A stretch of DNA of 44,878 nt, taken from contig CAZWUG010000001.1 in NCBI GenBank assembly GCA_964637525.1, forward strand, positions 1-44,878. The letters are read 5' to 3'. The DNA comes from an uncultured Gammaproteobacteria bacterium. Lineage in GTDB: Bacteria; Patescibacteriota; Microgenomatia; UBA12405. The first letter of the stretch is position 1; the number at the start of each line of letters is the position of its first letter. The position numbers and the translations under genes are program-made. Shown piece after piece: positions 17,181 to 24,603 of this stretch. The notes under the pieces were generated by a model, which had not been told where the DNA came from, did no database searches, and saw only the letters and a list, made by a program, of their open reading frames with translations.

Positions 17181-17498
17181 ATGATTAAAAAAACTCTAAA
17201 AGGATTTATGGAATTTGTTCAATCTCAAGGTGTTATTGGTTTAGCTATTGGTGTCGTCATGGGTACTTCTGTCACCAAATTAGTTACCGCCTTCGTTAAT
17301 GATATTATCAATCCAATTATTGGTCTTTTTCTTGGTAAAATCGGTAATTTAAACAAAATGTATCTCCAAGTTGGCTCAGCCCAAATTTTATTTGGTAGCT
17401 TTATCAGCAGTGTAATCGACTTCTTGATTATTGCCTTTGTGGTCTATTTTTCTGTCAAACTCCTTAAGCTTGACCGTCTCGATAAAAAACAAAAATAA
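17181..17498 (+). CDS. mscL: Large-conductance mechanosensitive channel MscL (short form)
   Basis: 105 aa. GFMEFVQSQGVIGLAIGVVMGTSVTKLVTAFVNDIINPIIG is collinear with the MscL TM1 region, and a second TM helix is present. Confidence 0.85.
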   Translation: MIKKTLKGFMEFVQSQGVIGLAIGVVMGTSVTKLVTAFVNDIINPIIGLFLGKIGNLNKMYLQVGSAQILFGSFISSVIDFLIIAFVVYFSVKLLKLDRLDKKQK

Positions 17499-19160
17499 TT
17501 AATTCTTTTTGTTTTTATTCACTGCTTCCACAAATGCCAAAAATATTGGATGTGGTCTTAATGGTCTGGAAATATATTCTGGATGAAATTGCGTTCCCAC
17601 AAAAAATGGATGATTTTTCAATTCAACTGCTTCAACTAATTGTCCATCTGGAGAAGTCCCGGCAATCACCATTCCTGCCTTTTCCAATTGTTCTCGGTAT
17701 TCACTGTTAACTTCATAACGATGGCGATGTCTTTCAAACACCACCTCAGTTTTATTTTTTGTCTCAAAATTATCTTCAGTATTCCAAGGTGCATCTTTAT
17801 CTCGACCATCCTTTTTATAAGCCTCTGCCAACTTTGTTTTCAAAGTTAATTTACATGGCCATGACCCCAATCTAATAGTTCCACCATATTGTTTCTTTTT
17901 TAAATATTCAGCCTGATCAGGCATAATATGAATTACTGGATACTTAGTTTTTGAATCAACTTCTGTCGAATTTGCTCCTTTAAGCTTCAACACATTTCGG
18001 GCAAATTCAATTACTGCCATTTGCATTCCAAAACATAATCCCAAATATGGAATATTATTTTCTCTAGCTATTTTAATTGCTTCAATAATTCCCTCGACCC
18101 CTCGGCTTCCCCAACCTTGAGGAGCCACAATTCCATCATATTTTTTCAAATCGTTTGGGTCAAAATCACTCGAATCTACTGGAACTATTTCTATTTTTAC
18201 ATCATTAGCTATTCCGGCCTGTTTAATCGCTTCCAACACAGAAACATATACATCCTTATGATTTCCTTTTCCCGATTTTACATATTTGCCCACCAAGGCA
18301 ATGGTTATTGATTTATCGGCTTTTTCCATTTTATTTACCATTTTCTTCCATGCCGACAAATCAGTACTGTGCCCTTTTATACCAAAATGCTTTCTAATTC
18401 TATCCATCAATCCCTGCGATTCCAATATTAATGGGACTTGATAAATCGATGAACAATCAGGATCATCAAAAATAGAATTATCTTCCAAGAAACATCTTTT
18501 TTCCAAAGTCTCTAATCTGGGCTCATCCATTCCGGTTTCACTTCTAGTGATTAATATATCAGGCATTATTCCGGTAGATCTCAATTCTGAAATTGCGTGT
18601 TGGGTTGGTTTTGTTTTTAATTCCCCCACATTTCTTAAAAATGGAATATACGATACCATCACATACATAGTCTCTCTTTCTCTACCAACTTCACGGGCTG
18701 CATATAAAAATGGTAAATTCTCAATATCACCTGTAGTTCCGCCAACTTCAACAACCATAAAATCATAACCTTTTTCCATTTCATAAAATCTTCTTTTTAC
18801 TTCATTCGGCACATCAGGAATCATCTCTACATCACGCCCTTCATATTTAAATGCTCTTTCGTCTTCAATTATTTTTTTATAAACTTTTCCCGAAGTAATA
18901 TTATTGTCTTTTAAAAAACTTTGATTCAAAAATCTTTCATAATTTCCCAAATCTTGATCAATTTCTCCACCATCAGTGGTTACAAATGTTTCTCCATGTT
19001 CAGCTGGTCGCATTGTTCCCGCATCAATGTTTAAATAAGGGTCAATTTTAACGTGGTTGACCTTAAATCCTGAAGATTTTAACAACAGCCCAATTGAGGC
19101 TGAAACTACCCCTTTACCTAAACCACTAACCACACCCCCTGTAACAAAAATATATTTCAT
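17499..19160 (-). CDS. pyrG: CTP synthase PyrG
   Basis: 553 aa. N-terminal KYIFVTGGVVSGLGKG. GATase domain with GLCFGMQ (catalytic Cys) and HRHRYEVN. Confidence 0.97.
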   Translation of the reverse strand: MKYIFVTGGVVSGLGKGVVSASIGLLLKSSGFKVNHVKIDPYLNIDAGTMRPAEHGETFVTTDGGEIDQDLGNYERFLNQSFLKDNNITSGKVYKKIIEDERAFKYEGRDVEMIPDVPNEVKRRFYEMEKGYDFMVVEVGGTTGDIENLPFLYAAREVGRERETMYVMVSYIPFLRNVGELKTKPTQHAISELRSTGIMPDILITRSETGMDEPRLETLEKRCFLEDNSIFDDPDCSSIYQVPLILESQGLMDRIRKHFGIKGHSTDLSAWKKMVNKMEKADKSITIALVGKYVKSGKGNHKDVYVSVLEAIKQAGIANDVKIEIVPVDSSDFDPNDLKKYDGIVAPQGWGSRGVEGIIEAIKIARENNIPYLGLCFGMQMAVIEFARNVLKLKGANSTEVDSKTKYPVIHIMPDQAEYLKKKQYGGTIRLGSWPCKLTLKTKLAEAYKKDGRDKDAPWNTEDNFETKNKTEVVFERHRHRYEVNSEYREQLEKAGMVIAGTSPDGQLVEAVELKNHPFFVGTQFHPEYISRPLRPHPIFLAFVEAVNKNKKN

Positions 19161-19317
19161 GAGAATAATTCTATAACTCTATTTTATCAAATTAAAGGGA
19201 TTTCTTTTTAAATAATTTTTTGATTAAATATGACGTATACCCACAAAATTATTGCCAGGCTTATTTCTGCCACTCTTCCAAGATTATTTCTCTAAACTCG
19301 TTTTGTTTCATTGGAGT

Positions 19318-19543
19318 TTATAACCCATTTTTTTTCCAGTTTTTTATATTTATTCCGTGAATTATCTCTCCATAAGGAATCAAAATAATTTTATTCTCAG
19401 CTGGATTAATTTGAGTGGTATCTTTAACCAAAATTGTTGGATTATAAAATTTCTGGGTCACCAAACGGACCTATCATGTAAACATCTTCTTTGTTACCTA
19501 CCCATCCCAACCCTAAACTTACTAATAAAATTAACCAGACCAT
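19318..19543 (-). pseudogene. Unannotated small exported-protein gene interrupted by a 1-nt frameshift (or an assembly indel in a T/A run)
   Basis: The ATG at 19543-19541 overlaps the L,D-transpeptidase stop by 13 nt. It encodes [33 protein letters not shown], with the stop at 19442-19444. The +1 frame is open over 19318-19470 and continues ..KFYNPTILVKDTTQINPAENKIILIPYGEIIHGINIKNWKKNGL*. Removing one base in the attttat run would give one ~74-aa ORF. Confidence 0.4.
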
Positions 19544-20184
19544 ATTTTAGGTAATGTTGTTTGATATTTTCCATAAATAATGACCGGAGTTCCTATTTCC
19601 GCCCAGTTATACAACAAAGCTGAATCGTCAGTGGTCATATTAACACAGCCGTGTGACATTGGCACCCCAAAATTATTATGCCAATAAGCCTGATGAAAAC
19701 TATATCCTATTTTTTTCTCGTATTTTTCATTATAAAAAAACATTACATTCTGAACATTAGGTAAGTAATAATAAGTCCCCAGTTCCTTCGATCCGCCCGA
19801 CATTTTCTGCGATTTAACCTTAATCCAAATTTTAAATGTCCCGGTTGGTGTTCTTTCCCAAGTCCCCGAAGAAATTAAAAAACTATAAATTAATTTATCT
19901 CCTTCATAGGCATAAGTTTTTTGATTAATTAGGTCCACCTCTATTCTCTTTTGATCCAAGCTTGTTTCATCCGTCTCTCCCAATATTATTTCTTCTTCTG
20001 TCTTTATTTCCGGCACCATTACTTGCTTATTATTAAAAATCCCCACTCTCGCTTCGGGGTCATATTCTGAAATTATATTTTCCGGATCAATTTCACTTTG
20101 CCTTGACCACTGTCTCACCCCTACCGGTATCAGATATATCCCCAAAAGACACCCAACCATTATTATCCCGATTTTTTTTATCAT
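19531..20184 (-). CDS. L,D-transpeptidase (YkuD domain), membrane anchored
   Basis: 217 aa with an N-terminal TM helix and a YkuD catalytic block [23 protein letters not shown]. Confidence 0.85.
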   Translation of the reverse strand: MIKKIGIIMVGCLLGIYLIPVGVRQWSRQSEIDPENIISEYDPEARVGIFNNKQVMVPEIKTEEEIILGETDETSLDQKRIEVDLINQKTYAYEGDKLIYSFLISSGTWERTPTGTFKIWIKVKSQKMSGGSKELGTYYYLPNVQNVMFFYNEKYEKKIGYSFHQAYWHNNFGVPMSHGCVNMTTDDSALLYNWAEIGTPVIIYGKYQTTLPKIWSG

Positions 20185-20228
20185 TCAATTTAATTTAATC
20201 ACAAACTTAAATTTATTTTAATTTAGTT

Positions 20229-20234
20229 TAAAAT
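20229..20234 (+). promoter_or_regulatory. Putative -10 box (TAAAAT), 6 nt upstream of ATG 20241
   Basis: tagttTAAAATtaacttATG. Confidence 0.35.
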
Positions 20235-20240
20235 TAACTT

Positions 20241-20912
20241 ATGACTCCATCAATTATTTGTATCACCGGCGGAGCTAATGGTCTGGGTCGGGAGTTATCC
20301 GCCCATTTTTCCGCAAAAAATCAGGTAATTATTTTGGATATTGACCCTAAAGCTAAAATTATCGCCCAAAAACTTAATTGTGATTTTTTCCCATGTGATG
20401 TTTCCGATTTTAAAAGTATCAGTTCGGTTATTAAAAAAGTCTTTAAAAAATATTCCCGAATTGATTGTTTTATTAATAATGCCGGTATCTATATTGATGG
20501 TCCTATTGAAACAAACAATCCTCAACTCATCAAAAAAGTTTTTCAGGTCAATTGCCTTGGTCCTATTTTTGCCGCCAATGTTCTTATACCCCTTTTTAAA
20601 AAACAAAACAACGGGACTATTGTTAACATTAATTCCACCGCCGGACTCCATCCCAAAGCCAATAATTCTGTTTATCATGCTTCCAAATGGGCCTTAACCG
20701 GTTTCTCTGAGTCGCTTCAATTGGAGTTGTCCGATTCAAACATCAAAATCATCGATATCCACCCCGGAATTATGAAAACCAAGTTTACCGCCGGTACCGA
20801 TACTGATTTATCCAAAAGCCTTAATCCTGAAGAGGTAGTCAAAACTATCAATTTTATTCTTAGCTTAGACCCTCCTACTTTTATTCCCCGATTGACCATC
20901 AAACACATCTAG
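20241..20912 (+). CDS. Short-chain dehydrogenase/reductase (SDR)
   Basis: 223 aa with TGGANGLG (TGxxxGxG), NNAG and the YHASK catalytic Tyr-x3-Lys. Confidence 0.85.
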   Translation: MTPSIICITGGANGLGRELSAHFSAKNQVIILDIDPKAKIIAQKLNCDFFPCDVSDFKSISSVIKKVFKKYSRIDCFINNAGIYIDGPIETNNPQLIKKVFQVNCLGPIFAANVLIPLFKKQNNGTIVNINSTAGLHPKANNSVYHASKWALTGFSESLQLELSDSNIKIIDIHPGIMKTKFTAGTDTDLSKSLNPEEVVKTINFILSLDPPTFIPRLTIKHI

Positions 20913-20926
20913 TCTATACTTAAAAT

Positions 20927-20961
20927 TAATACCCGAACATTACCCAAAGTATTATTTTTTT
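20927..20961 (+). terminator. Weak candidate intrinsic terminator after the SDR gene
   Basis: taatac (20927-20932) pairs with gtatta (20949-20954) across a 16-nt loop, followed by T7 (20955-20961). The stem is short and AT-rich. Confidence 0.2.
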
Positions 20962-21005
20962 AGTTTTGCTATTTACTACTTACTAATTAACTACTTAACT
21001 AAGCA

Positions 21006-22166
21006 ATGCTTTCTCAACCTTTGGCCTCGCTTCTCCGTCCCAAAAACCTTGACGAATTTATCGGTCAAAAACATTTGGTTGGCCTTGGTAAACCCCTCCG
21101 TCAGGCTATAGAAAATCACCAAATTTTTTCCATGATTTTTTGGGGTCCACCGGGAGTCGGTAAAACTACTTTAGCTAAAATTATTGCCAAAGAAACTAAT
21201 GCTGAAATTCACGAACTTTCTGCCGTCTCCGCCGGTAAAGATGATATTAAAAAAATTATTTCCAGCGCCAACCCCACTCTTTACAAAAAGATTTTATTTT
21301 TAGATGAAATCCATCGTTTTAATAAAGCTCAACAAGATTTTTTACTCCCTTATGTCGAGTCAGGTGTTCTTACTTTAATCGGTGCCACCACTGAAAACCC
21401 CAGTTTTGAGGTCATCTCTCCACTTCTTTCCCGTTGTCGGGTTTTTATTTTAAACGAATTGTCCGATGATGAAATCGGTGAAGTTATCACCCGGGCCGTC
21501 AAAACTCTCAAAACCAAAATTTCCCAAGACGCCAAAAACTGGCTTATCAAAATGGCCAATGGTGATGCCCGTCAGGCTCTGACTATGATCGACAATGCTT
21601 TTACTCTTTACGGTAGGTTAGGTAAAGAAGATTTAATTAATACTCTCCAAAATAAATTTTTACGTTTCGACAAAAAAGGGGAGGAGCACTACAATACTAT
21701 TTCCGCTTTTATAAAAAGTATGCGTGCTAGTAATGTCGATGCCGCTCTTTATTACTTGGCTCGCATGATTACCGCCGGTGAAGATCCTAAATTTATTGCC
21801 CGACGAATGGTAGTTTTTGCCAGTGAAGATATTGGGGTGGCCAATTCCAGTGCCTTAATGTTAGCCAATGAAGTTTTTCGCAGTGTTGAAATTTTAGGTT
21901 TGCCCGAATGTCGGGAAACCCTGGCTCACGGTGTGGTTTATCTGGCCAAATCACCCAAAAATCGTTCTGCTTACAATGCCTACCTATCTGCCTTGTCTGA
22001 TGTTGAAGCCTACGGCAATCTGCCTATTCCTATGTCTCTTCGTAACCCTGAAACCAAGTTGATGAAAAACCTTGGTTATGGCCAAGGCTACGAAAAATAC
22101 ACCAAAGAAGACCTGCTGCCAGAAAAATTAAAGGGCAAGAAATATTTTAAAGAAATTAAAAAATAA
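21006..22166 (+). CDS. rarA: Replication-associated recombination protein A (RarA/MgsA AAA+ ATPase)
   Basis: 386 aa with LRPKNLDEFIGQKHL, Walker A GPPGVGKTT, Walker B LFLDEIHRFNK, GATTENPSFE and the C-terminal MgsA block DAALYYLARMI..GEDPKFIARR. Confidence 0.93.
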   Translation: MLSQPLASLLRPKNLDEFIGQKHLVGLGKPLRQAIENHQIFSMIFWGPPGVGKTTLAKIIAKETNAEIHELSAVSAGKDDIKKIISSANPTLYKKILFLDEIHRFNKAQQDFLLPYVESGVLTLIGATTENPSFEVISPLLSRCRVFILNELSDDEIGEVITRAVKTLKTKISQDAKNWLIKMANGDARQALTMIDNAFTLYGRLGKEDLINTLQNKFLRFDKKGEEHYNTISAFIKSMRASNVDAALYYLARMITAGEDPKFIARRMVVFASEDIGVANSSALMLANEVFRSVEILGLPECRETLAHGVVYLAKSPKNRSAYNAYLSALSDVEAYGNLPIPMSLRNPETKLMKNLGYGQGYEKYTKEDLLPEKLKGKKYFKEIKK

Positions 22167-22177
22167 ATTTAGGTATT

Positions 22178-22201
22178 AGAGACGTTCTGCAAAACGTCTC
22201 T
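22178..22201 (+). terminator. Perfect 9-bp hairpin downstream of rarA (candidate terminator without a clear U-tract)
   Basis: agagacgtt-ctgcaa-aacgtctct begins 12 nt after the rarA stop and is followed by ataaaataa rather than a T run. Confidence 0.4.
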
Positions 22202-22270
22202 ATAAAATAATTAATATGCCTAAAAAAATTATTTGTTAAACCTTCAAATTAAAATTTTACCAATAATACT

Positions 22271-22744
22271 ATGACTGACACGGATTTCATGAAAATTGTT
22301 GTCAAAAAAGGCAAAGATCGTTTAAATAGGGGAGAACCGCCAAATTTATCTATCATCGTCAAAGACGAAAAAATAATTTCTGAAGGTCATAGCACTGTTG
22401 CCAATTTTGAAATTTCCGGTCATAATGATACTAATGCTATCAACGATGCTTGTAAAAAACTAAAAGTTTACGATTTAGATGGCTATGTCATGTACAGCAC
22501 CGTTGAACCCTGCTCTATGTGTCTTGCTTGTGCCGCTTGGGTTGGACTTACCAAAATTGTTTTTGGTGGTTTTCAAGAAGACATTCCTGGTAATGTCTAT
22601 GAAATTACCGATTATCATGCCGTCGATCACGCCAAAAAACTTTGTCTTCCAAATGGTAAAAAAATAGAAATAGTTGGTGGAGTTCTCAGACAAGAATGTG
22701 CCGATCTTATGAAAGATGTTAAAAATTGGATACTTTTAAAATAA
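22271..22744 (+). CDS. CMP/dCMP-type (cytidine/guanine/tRNA-adenosine deaminase fold) zinc deaminase-like protein with H-N-D in place of H-A-E
   Basis: 157 aa. The zinc ligands are present (GHNDTNAINDA; VEPCSMCLACAAW), but the catalytic Glu position is Asp. Confidence 0.7.
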   Translation: MTDTDFMKIVVKKGKDRLNRGEPPNLSIIVKDEKIISEGHSTVANFEISGHNDTNAINDACKKLKVYDLDGYVMYSTVEPCSMCLACAAWVGLTKIVFGGFQEDIPGNVYEITDYHAVDHAKKLCLPNGKKIEIVGGVLRQECADLMKDVKNWILLK

Positions 22745-22756
22745 AACAATTTTAAT

Positions 22757-23005
22757 ATGTACTTTGTTTATGTTGTAAAATGTTCCGACCAAACTTTTTA
22801 CACCGGTATTACCACCAATTTAAACCGCAGAATCAAAGAGCATAATAACTCCAAACTTGGCGCCAAATATACTAAAATCCGTCGTCCGGTAAAATTAATT
22901 TACTCCCAGGAATTTAATAATCGATCTGAAGCTTCCATCGAAGAATCCCGAATTAAAAAATTATCCCGATTAGAAAAATTAAATTTTATAAAAACTAATT
23001 TATGA
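22757..23005 (+). CDS. Stand-alone GIY-YIG nuclease-domain protein (UPF0213/YhbQ-like)
   Basis: 82 aa. YFVYVVKCSDQTFYTGITTNLNRRIKEHN is the GIY..YIG..R..H/N core. Confidence 0.85.
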   Translation: MYFVYVVKCSDQTFYTGITTNLNRRIKEHNNSKLGAKYTKIRRPVKLIYSQEFNNRSEASIEESRIKKLSRLEKLNFIKTNL

Positions 23006-23325
23006 CCCAAAAATCTCCTTCTGTTTTTTATCAAAAAGTTTGGCAATTAGCCTTGTCGATTCCCTCAGGTCGGGTTACTACTTATGGTCTTTTGTGTGCC
23101 GCTGCCGGTGGTCATCCCATGATGTCTCGCATGATTACTAGGATTTTGTCCAAATCTCCCCATGTCGATCATATTCCTTTTCATCGAATTGTCTATAGTA
23201 ATGGCAAAATTTGGTTTGACCCGGAACACAACCAGTGGCGGGATAAATTATACAAACAGGAAAGGATAATAGTTGACAAAAATAACAAAATCATCAATTT
23301 TGAGCAAATTCTTTATACTTTTTGA
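23002..23325 (+). CDS. Alkyltransferase-like (ATL) protein: MGMT DNA-binding domain lacking the acceptor Cys (PFHR instead of PCHR)
   Basis: 107 aa. FYQKVWQLALSIPSGRVTTYGLL...HIPFHRIVYSNGKI is collinear with E. coli YbaZ and the MGMT C-terminal domain. It has an ATGA overlap with the GIY-YIG gene. Confidence 0.75.
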   Translation: MTQKSPSVFYQKVWQLALSIPSGRVTTYGLLCAAAGGHPMMSRMITRILSKSPHVDHIPFHRIVYSNGKIWFDPEHNQWRDKLYKQERIIVDKNNKIINFEQILYTF

Positions 23326-23336
23326 TTTTATCGTTG

Positions 23337-23345
23337 TGCTAATAT
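23337..23345 (+). promoter_or_regulatory. Putative extended -10 box (TGcTAATAT), 6 nt upstream of ATG 23352
   Basis: cgttgTGCTAATATgaacatATG. Confidence 0.4.
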
Positions 23346-23351
23346 GAACAT

Positions 23352-24515
23352 ATGTCTGAAGTAACTGCTGAAAGAACCACTTATAAACAATATCCGCAAA
23401 AAACTGGCAGCCGTCCCGGAGAAAGAGTTCCAATGTCTGTTAGATCACCAATTCCAAAATTTCCAGAAGAAAAATTATCGATAGAAGAATTATCCAAACC
23501 TTATATTCTTGATGGATCAGTCAAAACAATCCATAGAAATCCTCATTATTCTGAATCAACAGAGCTTGATAGTAGAAACACTGACTATGTTCAAATATCT
23601 GAAGATGGTTCTAGATTTTGTACCCTCAATAGCGATAGCCAAAATTCATTTTATTTTGGACCAAAAATTTTTAATGAATTAGAAAATTTTCCAACTACCT
23701 CTACCATTCCTTCAGTTCAAAGATCTCTTACAGAAATATATCGTAGATTTAATGAGCCAACTGCTATTGAAACTTTTGGTACATTTGGAGTCATATTCAA
23801 TACTCCAGATAAAAAAAACGTCGCTGTTATTGCTAACTGTGGTGGGTCAGTTTATCTATATCGACCAAATATCCGTGAAACAAAATTTTCTTCCGATAGT
23901 TCAGTAAAAGGTAATCATGATAAACGTGAATTGTACGAACTTGCAGACCCAAATCATCCTGGCTCTATCGGTTACGATAGCAATCCTAATTATCTTCATT
24001 TAATCACTATTATGCTCCAACCTGGAGATGTTATCTTGGCTACCCCAAACCAACTTGACAAAAGTGGACGTGCTGATCTTATTGCTAATTTATCAAAATT
24101 CCCAAAACAGCCATCATCTGAACTTGTTAAAGTTAGTGCTGAAATAATTAGAAGATCAGTCATTAGAGCAACAAATGAAACTAAGGATGCTACTGCTTTA
24201 GCTATTTTCACCAAAACCACCTCGAATTATATTGATGATCGTGTTATTAAAACTGATCAATTTCCAACAATATTACCCCAGTTTAAAAACGCAAAAAATT
24301 TAAACGAATTATCAGATGCTATACGTGCTATGAAAACTATTAGAGGTTTAAGTAAGACTTATTCTGCAAGGGAAATTATCAAATTAATTCAACATGGAAA
24401 ATTAGAAGCAATTCCTCGTGCAGCTGGTTTGCGAGAAGCGGTATCTCGTTTATATCAATCTCCAAAGAATCCTCTTCAAGGTCAAGATGTAGTTTTTCCA
24501 CCAGAGATAGCTTAA
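23352..24515 (+). CDS. Hypothetical protein with a degenerate PP2C/SpoIIE-like phosphatase core (probable pseudo-enzyme) plus an unknown C-terminal domain
   Basis: 387 aa. Three PP2C-like blocks occur in canonical order but with metal-binding Asp residues replaced: VAVIANCGGSVYLYRP (compare ANVGDSRAYLLR), LQPGDVILATPNQLD (compare L.pGD.lLLCSDGL) and TKDATALAIF (compare DNiTvvvv). Arg codons are AGA-rich. Confidence 0.4.
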   Translation: MSEVTAERTTYKQYPQKTGSRPGERVPMSVRSPIPKFPEEKLSIEELSKPYILDGSVKTIHRNPHYSESTELDSRNTDYVQISEDGSRFCTLNSDSQNSFYFGPKIFNELENFPTTSTIPSVQRSLTEIYRRFNEPTAIETFGTFGVIFNTPDKKNVAVIANCGGSVYLYRPNIRETKFSSDSSVKGNHDKRELYELADPNHPGSIGYDSNPNYLHLITIMLQPGDVILATPNQLDKSGRADLIANLSKFPKQPSSELVKVSAEIIRRSVIRATNETKDATALAIFTKTTSNYIDDRVIKTDQFPTILPQFKNAKNLNELSDAIRAMKTIRGLSKTYSAREIIKLIQHGKLEAIPRAAGLREAVSRLYQSPKNPLQGQDVVFPPEIA

Positions 24516-24603
24516 ATTTATTCTCTTAATCTTTTCAGCCAATTGTAATCCCTTTTAAAGTCTTTATACTAAAATTAATTTTATTTTTCTTGGTACCTGT
24601 CCC

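Noticed and set aside
17640-18768. Three plus-strand ORFs (17640-17849, 18117-18311, 18547-18768) antisense to pyrG
   Set aside because: They are embedded in a complete CTP synthase gene and have spurious-looking composition.
19436-19452. Possible programmed +1 frameshift at UUA-UAA-U (prfB-like) in the hidden small ORF
   Set aside because: There is no upstream SD-like stimulator, and the organism seems to lack SD use altogether. The P-site codon UUA cannot re-pair in the +1 frame. An indel in the T/A run is the simpler explanation.
19357-19554. 65-aa plus-strand ORF (GTG start) in the pyrG/L,D-transpeptidase gap
   Set aside because: It has a non-ATG start, odd composition and overlaps the transpeptidase 3' end. 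The minus strand of the same segment gives a much more protein-like, signal-peptide-bearing (though frameshifted) reading.
20295-20908. Three ORFs overlapping the SDR gene (20295-20678 minus, 20341-20697 plus, 20717-20908 minus)
   Set aside because: The SDR frame carries the TGxxxGxG, NNAG and YxxxK motifs. The alternatives have none.
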